A stretch of DNA of 64,000 nt, from NCBI RefSeq assembly GCF_018350175.1, contig NC_058368.1:106642001-106706000 (forward strand), given 5' to 3'. Below are positions 12,259-22,783 of the stretch, piece by piece (the stretch's first letter is position 1; each line of letters opens with the position of its first letter). The notes beneath the pieces are model-generated. The model had not been told where the DNA came from, made no database searches, and worked only from the letters and a program-made list of their open reading frames with translations. The translations under genes and the position numbers were made by a program. This DNA is from Felis catus. Its lineage: Eukaryota.

Positions 12259-13452
12259 TTTATGTAAAAGAAATCCTAATTTTCCAAAAAAAAAGTCTAG
12301 AAGAAGAAATATGTACATAATGTACACAAACCAAATGATTTATAAAAGCCTTAGAAAACATACAAATAAATTATAACAGTATTTCAAATGGGAGAAAGAT
12401 TATAGCTAGCGGGGAGTTAGGCAAACCTTTCCATGACAATCAGGGATCATGTGTCAGTAGGGACAAAAAAGGACAGAGAAAGGAACTTATATTGGTGACC
12501 TGTGCTTCTGAGTATATTTAATTTAATCATTTTTAAAGAATCACAAATGTATGCCGGTAAATACAGACAATTTAATATGCATTCCTTCTGCAATTTTACT
12601 CTCATATTTTTGTTGCCAATGTTGTTCAAATTAGATGAGACATTTAAGACCTATATCCTAGTGGAGATGTTTCATTACAACTAGCTTCTGTCTTAATAAC
12701 TCATTCTATTTGTTAAAAATAAACTGCCTTTGATTTCTTGCCCAGTTTTAAGTCTGTATAATTGAGTCCCATAAAAAGGAGTGTGTAGGTTTCTAAGTAA
12801 CCCAGATATTTCTTGAATGTCTAGAAATCCACACCCACCCTAGTTACTCTGGTTTTTGAAATTTTATAAGACAAGGTTTGGAGGCAGAGAACTTTTGACA
12901 AACACACCTAGAGTGTCTTCGTATTTGTTTTTAAACTCAGGACAACTCAAAGAAGGTATTCTAAGACTCAGCTTATTCAAACAATGGCTTTCCTTTGAAA
13001 TAAGATAGTCTGCCTCCCTTAAAGGCATAGTAGTCACCTCTGACACGGAGAGCGGAAGGTGAAATAACAAAGGAAGTGGGGAACCAATCTCCTGCTGGAA
13101 TTAAAAAAAAAACTGATTTGCATTAACTCATTTCTAGGTGACTGGCCTAGTGCAGAGGATGCATATGGCAGGTTAGATCAATCACCCTTGAGACTGATGT
13201 GAAAGGTTTGATGTGGCCAAGGAAGAGGTGTGGAAAAGGGACTGGGTACCATGTAGATCTGTAACAAAAGAAGCAAGCATATTTAAGGTTAAATTTCCCC
13301 TCAAAGACAGAAATAACAAAAAGATATATTTTTTAATGTACAAAAGGGTAAGAGACAAAATAATCTCACTTTATCTGTGATCTTTAGCGTACAATATTAA
13401 TGTCAGTCCCTTTAATCCCACCCTTGTTTTATGAGAGAGAGGGGGAGGGAGA

Positions 13453-13479
13453 GTGTGTGTGTGTGTGTGTGTGTGTGTG
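13453..13479. repeat. (GT)n microsatellite ~1.2 kb upstream of the ATG
   Basis: Read directly. Confidence 0.95.
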
Positions 13480-13729
13480 AGCAAGAGAAGGGGAGGGGAG
13501 GAAAACTGATAGCAATGATGAATGGGAAGCCGGAAAGATAAGGTGGGATAAGGGGCTCTGAAATGTCAGGGTGTCTACTGTCCCGGGAACCTTTGAAGCA
13601 CGCTCCATGACGAATTACATTAACTGCAGCCTTAGAAAATTCCTACAGACAAAGATGGATAGAAAAATCAAAGGTCTTTGGAAAGCGGGCCACAGCTTTG
13701 TGCTCAAGCCTGCAGTAAGTTTTGCTTTG

Positions 13730-13935
13730 TGTGACGTGAGGATGGGGTGGGGGGCGGCACTAGGCGGCGGGATGGACTGGAGAGGCACTTCTACCTGCCC
13801 ACACCTCAACTGGGGGGTGAGGGTGGGAGTGGGTGCTGAGCGAGAATGCAAATCGGCCTGTCGGAGTGGCCAATCAGAAGTCAGGTGAGGGAATTTGGGT
13901 CCCCACCCCAACTGGGTGTGTCAGCACGTGTGTGG
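13730..13935 (+). promoter_or_regulatory. Upstream motif cluster: CRE-like TGACGT (13732), GT/KLF boxes, octamer ATGCAAAT (13846-13853), CCAAT box (13870-13874), E-box CACGTG (13925-13930)
   Basis: Motifs read directly from the sequence at the CpG-island edge; function is inferred. Confidence 0.45.
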
Positions 13936-14636
13936 TGTTCTGGGACCTTTGTCCCGCAAAGTCACTCCGGGCGGGCACCCCGTGCTCCCTTTTTCTTGTC
14001 AGGTCTGCTTGACTTTTTTCTCCTCCACACCCACCTCGCGAGTCGCGTCTCCTCCTCGTCCCGCCACAAATTCCCTCCCGCGCCTCTCGGGGTAAGAGCT
14101 CGCGGCCCGCGTGTGCGGAGCGAGGCACACGCCAGGTTGCTGGGACTGCGGCACCAGCCCCTGGCAGTTCCGCGCGGGTGCAGGCGGCGAGCCACGGCTC
14201 CGACACCACGGCGCTCCTGCCCGCGCGGGGCAGTCCTCCGCCTGTCCTGAGGCAGCCCTGCCAGCCTTGCGCCGGCCGGCTCGCTCCTGACTGTGGGTCT
14301 ATCCTGTGGGGCTCCGGAAACTCTCGCAGCGTCCAGAACACAGAAAATAGACTCATCACCTAATTCGCCAGGGAGCCAAAGCGCTGCGGGGCCGCGGCGC
14401 TGCCTGCCCCCGCTCCTCCCCCCCGCCCCCCCCCCCCCCGCCCGGGCTCGGGCAGCCTCTCGGAGTCACACAGCACCCCCCTCCCACCCCCGGCAGACAA
14501 AGGGCCCGGGCAAACTCGCCGCCCGGCCTCCTTGCGCTCCGGGGAGGCGGCGGCGCCCGCGGTGGATCGCGCAAGGAGGCGCGCGCGGGGCAAGGAGCCG
14601 CGGCCGCGGGAGCGCGGTCCCGGAAAGAGCCGCGAG

Positions 14637-14709
14637 ATGCGCCTTACTCACATCTGCTGCTGCTGCCTCCTTTACCAGCTGGGGGTCTTGTCGAATGGGA
14701 TCGTTTCAG
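14637..14709 (+). CDS. ADAMTS19: ADAMTS19 coding exon 1 (signal peptide MRLTHICCCCLLYQLGVLSNGIVS)
   Basis: Translation matches the N-terminus of mammalian ADAMTS19 as I recall it. ATG at 14637; phase-1 donor CAG|GTAAGT with GT at 14710; lies in the CpG island. Confidence 0.95.
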
Positions 14710-15337
14710 GTAAGTTCTCCCGAGACTTTGGGCTTGCTTTCCAACTTCCCGGCGGAAACCGAGAACGCACGGGCGGGCAGGGCTGGTGCAGCCGGTGCGC
14801 GGCGAGCAGGGCTCAGTAGGTAGCAATAAAAAGCGTGCGGGTGCAGATGAGAGGGTCACGCTCGCGAGCGAAGTGCACTTCTCTCGACCTCATTTTAAAC
14901 ATCCTGGCGTGGTCAGCCTTCCTCTAATGAGAGGAGAAATCTTTGCAAAGGTACGATTACAGCACCTAGAGGAAAATGGGGAAGTACAGAAATTGATAGC
15001 GACGCTTTGCTCTGACATACACTTAAGAAAATAATTTATCTGTGTTGGAGTCTTTGCACTGGGTTACCTTCAACAACCAAGTGCTGTCACCAGACTTTGC
15101 TGCCCCACTCCGCCACCCCTCCCCCCATATAATCGTACTTTTATTTTGAAAATGCCGGGGTTTGTAATCTGATCGCAAGGCTTCAGGGGTTGCAAGAGTT
15201 TCAGGGGCTAGACGGGTGGTCTCCGGCGCATTAACACGAGAGCCTGGTGTCTGAACTGAGTGTGAGCCTGGGAATGCTTGTGCTACTGGAACCGCGGCAC
15301 TTTAAGCCCCGCACTTCTCTGTCTGCCCCGCCCGCAG
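14710..15337 (+). other. ADAMTS19: ADAMTS19 intron 1 (628 nt, GT-AG)
   Basis: Canonical splice sites with matching phase 1. Confidence 0.93.
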
Positions 15338-15996
15338 GGCTGCAGTTCACCCCCGACCGCGAGGAGTGGGAAGTCGTGTTTCCTGCACTCTGGCGCCGGG
15401 AGCCGGTGGATGCGGCGGGCGGCAGCGGGGGCAGCGCGGACCCGGGCTGGGTGCGCGGCGCTGGGGGCGGCGGAGGCGCCCGAACTCAGGCGGCCGGCAG
15501 CTCCCGCGAGGTGCGCTCGGTGGCCCCGGCGCCGCCGGGCGAGCCCGCCGAGGGCCATTCCGCACCCCGGCCCCGACCTCGGCCGCCGTCGCCGCCAGCG
15601 GGCGAGGAGGACGAGGAGTTCGAATCGCAGGAGCTGCCGCGGGGATCCGGCGGGGCTGCCGCCCTGTCCCCGGGCGCCCCGGCCTCGTGGCAGCCGCCGC
15701 CCCCACAGCCACCCCCGTCTCCTCCCCCGGCCCAGGAAGCCGAGTCGGACGGTGACGAGGTACTGCTGCGGATCCCGGCCTTCTCCCGGGACCTGTACCT
15801 GCTGCTCCGGAGAGATGGCCGCTTCCTGGCGCCGCGCTTCGCGGTGGAGCAGCGGCCGAGTCCGGGCCCCGTCCCGACGCTGGCAGCAGCGGCCCGGCGC
15901 CCTCCGGCGCCGCCCGACGCCTCCTGCTTCTACACCGGGGCGGTGCTGCAGCACCCTGGCTCGCTGGCCTCTTTCAGCACCTGTGGAGGTGGCCTG
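15338..15996 (+). CDS. ADAMTS19: ADAMTS19 coding exon 2 (prodomain, [18 protein letters not shown]...[24 protein letters not shown])
   Basis: Pyrimidine-rich acceptor cccgcAG at 15336-15337. 659 nt, in frame with exon 1 (73+659=732 nt). Donor CTG|GTAAGC at 15997. Carries M12B propeptide motifs ([18 protein letters not shown]). Confidence 0.97.
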
Positions 15997-18900
15997 GTAA
16001 GCGCTCTTCCTTCCCCAGCTTTCCACTTTCCCGCCACTCCTCCCTCTCCCCTTAGAGACCGGGCTGGTTTGCATGCACCCTGAACTTCATTCACCTTAGT
16101 CTGCACCACGCAGTAGTGCCTTCCATTTACCTCCCGCTGAACATCTCCAAGGCATTCAGTGAATCGGAAGGCTAAGGGGATGCATTAACAGCCTTCTCCT
16201 ATATGGTTACACGTTTCTTCCGGAGACGGCATCAAACTGCCTCGGGGTAACTCTTCCTGCTGTTTTTGCTGCTTTGTGTTTTCCAAAATAAGCCCACCAC
16301 GTGGCTTCTTTTAGGAGTTTGGAAGACAACCAATCTGCTCACTGCGGAATCTTCTCCATGTTTGCCCCCTCCCACCCCACCACCAGTTCCGCATTTATTA
16401 TCTCATTTTTTTTTCATGTCCTTCAAAATTGTCAGAGCACTGTAATCCTCTAGGGAGTTACATTCTGACAGCTGTCTACAATTTAAACACACGCACAGCC
16501 ACACTGGACACCTGTTCAGTGTTCTGTGAGGGACAGGAGTTGAGAAGTAACTGAAAGATTCGGAGCTGCGGAGTCATCCATGACCTTAGAACCCAGTCAG
16601 TATGCAAAGGGTCATGCATGATTCTATGGGTTAACTCTCCGTTTGTGAGGTTTGCATTTCATTTGGCAGTAGTTGGCTTTCCTGTTGTCCACTCCACAGA
16701 AGAAAGTAGTAGGGTTGGGAGCCTTGCCTAGAGGCCTGTTGGAACTGCAAAGTAAAACTCATTTGCTGTATCTGAACAGTAGAGATCATCATTGGATTTT
16801 CCCTCCTCTGTCTTGACCCACGTTTTGGGAAAATTGTTACCTCCTGTCAGTTGGCCTTTACTCTGTGGTGAAGTATACATAACATGAAATTTACCATCTT
16901 AACCACTGGTAGATGTACAGTTCACAGGCATTAAGTACATCCACCTTATTATGGGGGCATCACCATTGTGGCCTTTATTTACTGGTTTAAGGCAAAACCC
17001 ACAAGATATTGAAAACACTAATGTGATTTGTGGCTTCATTCTGCCATTTCTAGTGAGCCATTGATGAAGTCCACAAGGACTTGCCTGAAAGCAACCTGCT
17101 CATTGGTAGAAAAACCCAATGGTAATGGAGAGCAGAAAATATCAGTGCAATCAAAACCACCCAAAGCCATGAAGTGGAAAAAGATGGTTAAACATCCAGA
17201 CAAAATGAAACTGGAAATTTTTACCTATGCCCTCCTAAGGTCTCATAGTCAAATGATGTAAATTGCTGGACAGGGCTATATTTTACCAGATGCTCATAAT
17301 GATGAATATTCAAATATGGACATTTGTAGCCATGAGTGAAAAAAGTTGGCATGGAAAAATTACATGAAAAGCTTTTAAAAATGTTTTTTGTGGAACTGAT
17401 GTTTGAACACTTCACTGGGGGAAACATTTTGTGGGGATTTCATTGTCCACTAGTTTTTGGCTAGAGATTAAATAATTACATATAGAAAGTTCCTGGTGTG
17501 GTAGAAGCAATAGGGGATAAAGCATTTCACTGTGTTGAAATGTGGGCTTTTGGTCAGATTTTCCAAATGAGCTATGCCTTCTCTCCATACTTAAGGGAGC
17601 AAAGTTAAAATTATGAGTAGGTTTTTCATAGACTGAACAGGAGTTTGACATACCTCCCTGTTTATCATGTTGGACTTTTGCTCACTTTTCCTATTAGCCA
17701 CATATGTATATGTTCTGAACTGGGAAGTCTTTGTTATTGAGGAAATCTGACGTTGCCAGCAATACAGTATAGCAGTCAGACTTTTGAGTAAAAAGTTAGG
17801 CAGATAGCCAAGAAGAGTGCGTTTGTTACTCCAGACTCTACCATGCCAGCCCTTTTTCCCTTATGAGGGTGAATTAGGAAAGAGAGCATAATTTGTTATC
17901 TGAGCTCTGACATTGGCTTGTACTCTGACAATTGACAAGTCTTACCTCTCTGGGCTTCAGTGTTCATTAGTAAAATTAGAGGATTGAATGGTTTAATTAA
18001 AAACTGGAGGATAGAATTACAATTCTATTAGATGTTAAATGTTTTCTACATCCTACATTGGGGACTTACAGATTAGGAGAAAGACATTATACACAAGTGG
18101 TTATGACACAGGTATCCTTGGGACAGTGACATGATGAATGAAATCTTATGCCTGAGGTAAAATCCAGTTTGGGGAGTCAGGGAAGGCTTCCCAAAGCAGA
18201 CAGAATTTAACAGAGTTTTGAAGCATCAGGAGGCATTACCCAAGTAGTATGGGGCTGAAGAGTGTTTTGGGTAGAGGAGTGATGTTGAAGATTTAAAAGT
18301 ACACACTTACCAAAGGAATGAAAATAAGAATCTCCTATGATTAAGGCCAGAAGGTGCAATAAGGGGAAATGATCCTAAAATGTCTGGTGAGATCAGACCT
18401 CAAAAGCCTTGTCTGCTGGAATACAGGCTTTTTCTAACTATTGATTATCAAACGGCTATGTACTTGCTCTTTTGTATTTCCAGAATTCTGTGATCCTGTA
18501 ATTCTAATGTGGGGAGTCATGGTGACTTTCTGTAGGGGTGAATTATTTATAAATGCAACGGCTTTTCTTTTGCAACAGTTTTTTTCTTTCCTTCTCAGTA
18601 AGTAAAAGCTTTCTGATTATTAGTTGCTTAGAAAAGAGCAGATAACTAAGTCTACCTTCCCCCACCTCCTCTCAGCAGCTAGTTTTGCCTTCTGGTGCCT
18701 GAACTCAATGCCTTTTGGATTACTACATATTTGAAAAGATCCCAAACTCTCTATCAAAGGAAATAGATCATCAGCTATCCAGGATTGCAAAGTGGTAAAC
18801 ATTTATAAGGTTGGCCAATTCATTCTCCAGATATCAGTCTAACTTGTGCTGTGAAAGGAAAAGTGCTAGAATAGATATTTTGGGTACATGGCTAGGTGAT

Positions 18901-19485
18901 GCCTCTTCAAAGTATTTAATCTTTCTGGATCTCGTTTTTCCTATTTACAAAATGCGCAAATTCTATTTGTCCAGCAACTGATATATGAAGTATTCTTACT
19001 ATTTCTGTTTGAAGTGTTCTTACTATTTCTCTTTCCCCTTATTAGTCTCTAATATTGAACAATAATCTTATTTCAGCCATATTAGACCAATTAGGTCCAT
19101 AAATATCATAATACTAAGCAATTAAACATTTATTGAGCGAGTCTTCTGAGCAAAGTATTGTGCAGATACAGAGAATACAAAAAGAAGATGAAGCAGCCTT
19201 GATATGTTTCAAGGAGCTCCCAGCCTGGCTTGTCAGTGACAAATGGCAACAGGGGAATACAATAGTTTGAGATAGGTACAAATGTAGGTATGCCCCAAGT
19301 ACTTTGGTGGTGCTGTGTTATTCCTTTCTTTCCATGTCCACAGCATTTGCAAGATACCTGGTTTTGAGTTAAGCACCCAGTAAAAACCACTGAATAAAAT
19401 GCAGCACGTGTAATACTTTATTTTGTTTTAAATTACAATCTCTAAAAATTAAAATACAAAAAAGCAACAAATTAATTTAAAAAAA

Positions 19486-19697
19486 TTTTTTTAATGTTTA
19501 TTTATTTTTGAGAGAGAGAGAGAGAGCATGAACAGGGGAGGGGCAGAGAGATAGGAGGAGACACAGAATCCAGAGCAGGCTCCAGGCTTTGAGCTGTCAG
19601 CACAGAGCCTGACGCAGGGCTCAAACTCACGAACTGCAAGATCATGACCTGAGCCAAAGTCAGACACTCAACGGACTGAGCCACCCAGGCATCCCCA
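19486..19697 (-). mobile_element. Can-SINE
   Basis: Reverse-complement SINEC; TSD caaattaattt. Confidence 0.92.
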
Positions 19698-20800
19698 AAT
19701 TAATTTTTATGAAAGAGTGCAACAATGATGTTGGCTCAAAATTAGCACATTGTGGTTTGTTTGTTTGTTTTTAAAGCACACCTAAGGAGGTGTGCTAAAC
19801 TAAACTAGATCGGTACACAATTGCCTATGGTTCCCTTTAAATGGACTATGGAAATGATTATCACTAATATTGGGATTATTCTTCCAGGATTATAAAGAGT
19901 GACTACTAAAACTGTATGCACTTAATTTTTAAGTTTTATACAGTAATTGTTTTGATTAGGTCTTTATACAGAATCTGCTGCCCTGTATAAATTCAATTTT
20001 TTTTGGCAGTTTATGCCTTTTTTTTTTAATCCCACACTATCTGATACCACAGCAAGTTATGAACAGAAATATTTTAGGGTATCCATTTCGGCCAAGACAC
20101 CTTATTGGGTACCAGTACTAAGGCAGGAGGAGAGAGTGTAAGGGGAGGGTCCGGGGAATGCTCATGCAGGAGGGAAACTGGGAAGACGAAATGGAATCGA
20201 CATCCAAATGAAAAAAGTGAAGATTGCAGATTGACCTCACACATCTATCTTCTTTGTTCAAGCCAAATCTTAGGAATGACAGAAATGATCTTCTAAATAA
20301 ATCTAAAGCATTATTATAAAAAAATGCCATTAGATGTGCTGACTATCTCTTGGAAGACTGACAACAGTGTGGACTGGATTAATGGAACGCACAGAGACAT
20401 TAGGAAACATCTGTGAATGGTGGGGGTTCTAACAGAACTGCGGGAACACAGGGAGCAGAAGTGGCACTGGATTTTTTTCATGTCCGGTTATGACAATCCA
20501 TGGAAGCCAAACGTGTGTGCCTACACAAGGTCAGAGAGGGTAAAGGCAGAGCCTTCCTGGGCATGTTGGTGACACCAGAGGACACAGGGTCTCCTCCTCC
20601 ATAGATGATCTGTTGGCACCCTGCATCCAGCAGAACGTCTCACCTCTTTTGCCAAATAACTGGAGGAGTCACAACAGATAGGACAGCAGGGAAACCAAAA
20701 ACATACGAGCTGACACCCATGAATCTAAGAAAATGAACCATATAAAGGAGAGTCCTCAAACTCTGGCAAGTTAATACATAAGGCAACAAAATTAATAAGT

Positions 20801-20967
20801 GGGGTGCCTGGGTGGCCCAGTTGATTAAGTGTCCGACGTCGGCTCAGGTCATAATATTGTGGGTTGTGAGTTCGAGCCCCACGTCAGTCTCTATGCCGAC
20901 AGCGGAATCTGTACTCTGCTTGGAATTCTGTGTCTCCCTCTGTCTCTGCCCCTCCCCCGCTCACACA

Positions 20968-21010
<43 letters not shown>

Positions 21011-21044
21011 AAAAATAAACATTAAAAAAAAACTTAAAAAAAAA
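20801..21044 (+). mobile_element. Can-SINE
   Basis: ggggtgcctgggtggcccag head, (CTGT)/(CT) body, A tail. Confidence 0.9.
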
Positions 21045-21449
21045 GAATAGATAAGATACTTTAATGGAAGTATAAGAATGGATATATATTCATGGAAAGA
21101 GTAAATTTAAAACATACAGCAACACCTGCTATCCAGAATAAATGACTAGATACAATGGATCTAAAAATAAGTGGTTATTAGAATTAAAAACTCCATCCGT
21201 GAATTGACAAGTAAATTTCTAACCTAGAAAATCAAGCCCAGAAATTATCCCAGAACATAATATAAATGTTCAATCAAATGGGTCCACAATATGAAAGAAA
21301 AGTTGTGAGCCATGAATCATAGATCTAGATGCTTCAAATTTAATAGCAGTTAACTTTTAAAAATAAGTGAAAGGGTGGGATTTTTTTGTGTGTGAATGTA
21401 CTATAATTTTTTCACCAATGTTCTGTTGTTTCCAATTTTTCATTTTTAT

Positions 21450-21639
21450 AAGTAAGTCCATGTTTATCATTGGATAAACTTTGCAAACATATCTGATTCT
21501 CTACTTCTACCCATTTAAAGGATAGAATTTTTTAAATGAATGCAAAGTACCCTAAACATTTTATTCTAATTTAAATCACACACACACACACACACACACA
21601 TATGTGTGTGTGTGTGTGTGTATATATAATATATACACA

Positions 21640-21705
<66 letters not shown>

Positions 21706-22290
21706 TTATATTTATCAGCCAAGCTTTGGATGTGAGGCCGGATACTTTGAATGTAGGTCAGGTAACTGGTATTCCAGGTGAGCCTTACTCAGCATGCATA
21801 CAAACCAATTCCCAATATAGGTTTCCATATTTGGAAGAAAAACTGAAGACAAATCCAACTGACTTCTAAATGTTTCAGATTTCAGATCTTTTACAATTGT
21901 TTCATCCCAAATAAAATTAGAGCAGTTTTCTTTTAGCGACTTACCTTTCTCAAGTTTTTCCAAAATTTTCATGGAAGCAAAGACGCCTTTACACTCCTAT
22001 TTCACTGCTAAATATTTAGTGTTCGATTAGATTACATGATTACAAAATGTTGTACCTATGTGAGTTCAAACAGATGCAGCTGATTCTTGGTAAACATCCA
22101 GGCTGATTGGTGGAAATAATTGCATGCAGCAAGACAAGGGAGGAATCTACTAGCTTTGCACATTCTGCATGTGGCATGCCTCAGTGATCATATTTTCTAG
22201 ATGGCGTGTAGAGTGTTATTTAATTCAATGATTCGAGTTGATTTGCTGATGTAACCAATAATGGTTAGGTAGAGGTTAGCAGAGTTTGTT
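21450..22290 (-). mobile_element. Tigger-family (Tigger13a-like) DNA transposon relic
   Basis: ORF 21715..21972(-) KILEKLEKGKSLKE...ETIVKDL resembles a degraded CENP-B/pogo N-terminal HTH; boundaries uncertain. Confidence 0.55.
21577..21714. repeat. Compound (CA)12-TA-(TG)9...(TA)~25 microsatellite
   Basis: Read directly. Confidence 0.97.
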
Positions 22291-22585
22291 TGTTTTTTTT
22301 TTTCTTTTGTATCATAATCTCATTTCCAGTGATATAGGAAGACATGCACCTTCAGATAGAAGGATGCATCACCAAGCTCAGAGAAGCATAAGTACAGACC
22401 CATACCTAGACACATTGTGGGAGAATATTAGAAAGTCAAAGAGAAAATTCTACAAGCTTAATAAAGGAATGATGATCTATAATGGAATGAATGTCACATG
22501 GACGCCAGAGGATCATGAGTTGAGTGTTTCAGAGTTCTGATGAAATGTGATTTTGAATCCTGTACTCAGCCAAACTACCATTCAA

Positions 22586-22783
22586 CTTTTTTTCAAGTTC
22601 TTATTTAAATTCCAGGTAGTTAACATCCAGTGTATCATTACTTTCAGGTGTAGAATTTAGTGATTCATCACTTACATACAACACCCAGTGCTCATCCCAA
22701 TTGCCTCCTTAATTCCCATCACCTATTTTACCCATCCCCCCCCCCCTTCCCTCTGGTAACCATGTTTGTTCTCAATAGTTAAG
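22586..22783 (-). mobile_element. 5'-truncated carnivore L1 3' end with an 18-bp TSD
   Basis: gtagaatttagtgattcatcacttacatacaacacccagtgctcatccca; TSD agccaaactaccattcaa at 22568-22585 and 22784-22801. Confidence 0.88.

Larger units (their letters stand above)
13950..16100. promoter_or_regulatory. CpG island over the ADAMTS19 promoter, exon 1 and exon 2
   Basis: Abrupt rise in GC and CpG density relative to the AT-rich, CpG-poor flanks, with a GC dip in mid intron 1. Confidence 0.9.

Noticed and set aside
13571..14859. Many 60-176 aa ORFs in the promoter region
   Set aside because: Stop-poor CpG-island sequence, mostly non-ATG starts and low-complexity products; only 14637-14709 matches a known protein.
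15283..16074. 263-aa antisense ORF over exon 2 (and the 121-aa and 129-aa overlapping ORFs)
   Set aside because: Expected shadow ORFs of a very GC-rich coding exon; no recognisable domain or transcript context.
15247..16083. 278-aa ORF as a single-exon gene
   Set aside because: It is exon 2 plus intronic read-through on both sides; splice sites define 15338-15996.
16575..16620. Imperfect inverted repeat with nuclear-receptor half-sites (TGACCT...GGGTCA)
   Set aside because: Spacing of about 22 nt matches no standard response element; no other support.
19775..19796. 9-bp perfect hairpin agcacacct-aagg-aggtgtgct
   Set aside because: Short enough to arise by chance in 64 kb; terminator-style hairpins are not meaningful here.
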